A stretch of 37,802 nt of DNA from Octopus bimaculoides. Lineage: Eukaryota. The position numbers and the translations under genes were made by a program. The DNA is taken from NCBI RefSeq assembly GCF_001194135.2, contig NC_069007.1, positions 2,367,959 through 2,405,760 on the forward strand, written 5' to 3'. Positions within the stretch are counted from its first letter, which is position 1; each line of letters begins with the position of its first letter. Of this stretch, positions 35,719 through 37,802 are shown piece after piece. The notes under the pieces were generated by a model. The model made no database searches and was not told where the DNA came from. It worked only from the letters and a program-made list of their open reading frames with translations.

Positions 35719-36289
35719 AATATACGCACACACAGATATGTGTGTGTTTGTGTGTGTGTGTCTATAGTGAAGCGGCTCATAATTGCATTGTTCGATATCT
35801 AAAGGGAATCGCATTCATGATAGCGTCAAATAAACTTCGTTTCATATATCAACTCTCCACCTAGAAATTGTTCCATCGCCTTCATAGAATTCATTTGTGT
35901 TGCTCTCGATGTACTTTTTACCGATTCTTCATATAATATTAATGATCAACTACGATGCTAATTGCATCCGAATCGTATACACACAAACACACACCGACCA
36001 GTGCGAACCAATTTCTACACATTGAGACAGACTAAATCTAATGTGGCAAAGATTTACTCACACACATAAATCACTTTCTAACCATATATTTATCTATCTG
36101 TCCACCAATCCATCTTTGTGTATGTGTATCTGTGTGTCTATCTATCCATCTCTCCAATCTATCCATCCAGCTATCTATCTATCTATTTATCTATATGAGA
36201 ATGAGATAAAGAGACCAATGGTATAAACAAATTTATATTTTATATAGAATATCTTACAGCTGTTTCAGGCAAAATTCAATGTATCCCTT

Positions 36290-36620
36290 CATCGGCAAAG
36301 TCGACCTCGGCGGAATTTGAACTCAGAACGTAACGGCAGACGAAATACCACTAAGCACTTCGCCCGGCGTGCTAACGTTTCTTATTTCTTTATTGCCCAC
36401 AAGGGGCTAAACATAGAGGGGACGAACAAGGACAGACAAAAGGGATTAAGTCGATTACATTGACCCCCCCAGTGCGTAACTAGTACTTAATATATCGACC
36501 CCGAAAGGATGAAAGGCAAAGTCGACCTCGGCGGAATTTGAAATCACAACGTAACGGCAGACGAAATATCGCTACGCATTTCGCCCGGCTTGCTAACGTT
36601 TCTGCCAGCGCGCCACCTTA
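36290..36620 (-). mobile_element. SINE family B, full unit followed by a repeated head
   Basis: Least diverged copy in the window; same tail-to-head junction (aagaaataagaaacgttagcacgccggg on the minus strand) as at ~26710. Confidence 0.9.
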
Positions 36621-37750
36621 GAATATTCTCTTATCACAATAAAGGATATACACGTGAGAATAACATGCGTCTTTCTGTCACAAACACTGATTGTTTTTTA
36701 TACGCCAGGTAGAAAAGATCTCATTTCTCGTCCTGAAAACTTATTTCCCTGTGTCTCACTTAATATTATTTCAATTTTTGTCTTCGTTTCTCAAATTATA
36801 TTTCTTCAACTAGTATTTTCCATTTTTGCTAATGCTTTATTTTACATTCACATATTTCTCATAGCTCCATTTTAATATCAAACCTTCAAATTAACTTTGA
36901 TATTTCCTTCGATTGAAACCTCCTTATTCCCTTCTCTTCCAGTTTTTCACGATTTGTTTGCATATACCCATACACACACGTACAAACATACACATGTATG
37001 TACGTAATTCTATTAGCAATGGCTGCAGTAACAGAACATTATAGCATTCTGTATTTAAATCGCTTCAGTGTTCTGCTTGTTATAAGCAGAAATAGATCTG
37101 ATGAGAGTAGCATTAATTTTCTGAGTTCGCTCAATTTCTAGCAATTGATCAATAGACCAATTGAGTAAACCCATCGGTAATATACCTATAACTACTACTA
37201 GAAACATCTGTAAGCCAAATGTATTCCAATACAGGCAAAATATATAATGATCATTATTCTTAACTTGTTATCTATATATATATATATGTATATATATATA
37301 CATATGTGTGTGCGTGTATGTGTATAAGCTTGCACGCCTTCATATCTTCTACAAATCGCTTTTGAGTAATCTTCTCTCAATTCACAGAGAGCTCCGAAAT
37401 TTTAACTACATTTTAGATAATATATTTAAAGTACATATACAGTAAACCTGATAAATGAAATCGCTTATATCCAAGCGAATTCTTGTTTCTTCCTTAAGCT
37501 CTCTGTTCTATTTAGCATTATATTATAACTTCTAACTTTACTGATTTCTACTCGTAACAACTCGCTCAGTCGTAATATATTTTGGAGATACTTTCGCATA
37601 CGCAATTTCGATGCAGATTTGTAATCTGCTTTTCCCCTCCTTATTGTGGTGAAGAAATCTGTTTAAAATTCGTTCAAGGCATATAAATGAGACTTCCTTA
37701 CGAAACGTTATCGCAGTAATTGCGTTTTGGAAAGGCAAAATATTTGGTGA

Positions 37751-37802
<52 letters not shown>

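Noticed and set aside
37095-37145. CUGAUGA followed by GAG...CUC pairing
   Set aside because: The GAAA box is missing (aatttc follows); at most a dead remnant.

Overview
Eukaryotic, strongly AT-rich, repeat-saturated genomic DNA with seven N gaps and very dense (TA)n/(CA)n/(AAT)n/(GATA)n microsatellites. The interspersed repeats resemble those of coleoid cephalopods, probably Octopus (inference from pattern recognition, no database search). I recognise no host protein-coding gene. Almost all ORFs in the supplied track are microsatellite, N-gap or SINE artefacts. The window holds at least four tRNA-derived SINE families, Tc1/mariner remnants, a mariner-derived MITE, a hAT MITE, the 3' end of an R4/Dong-like LINE, a possible Helentron-type element and a ~504-bp tandem repeat with an internal inversion. 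A few orphan exon candidates exist, the best at 21216-21488 (+). The most interesting signal is non-coding: a complete minimal type I hammerhead ribozyme fold on the minus strand (14019-14064) inside a short retroelement-like repeat, and the 3' half of a second, different hammerhead cut by an assembly gap (22991-23019). Several close inverted repeats could form dsRNA if transcribed. Repeat boundaries are approximate.
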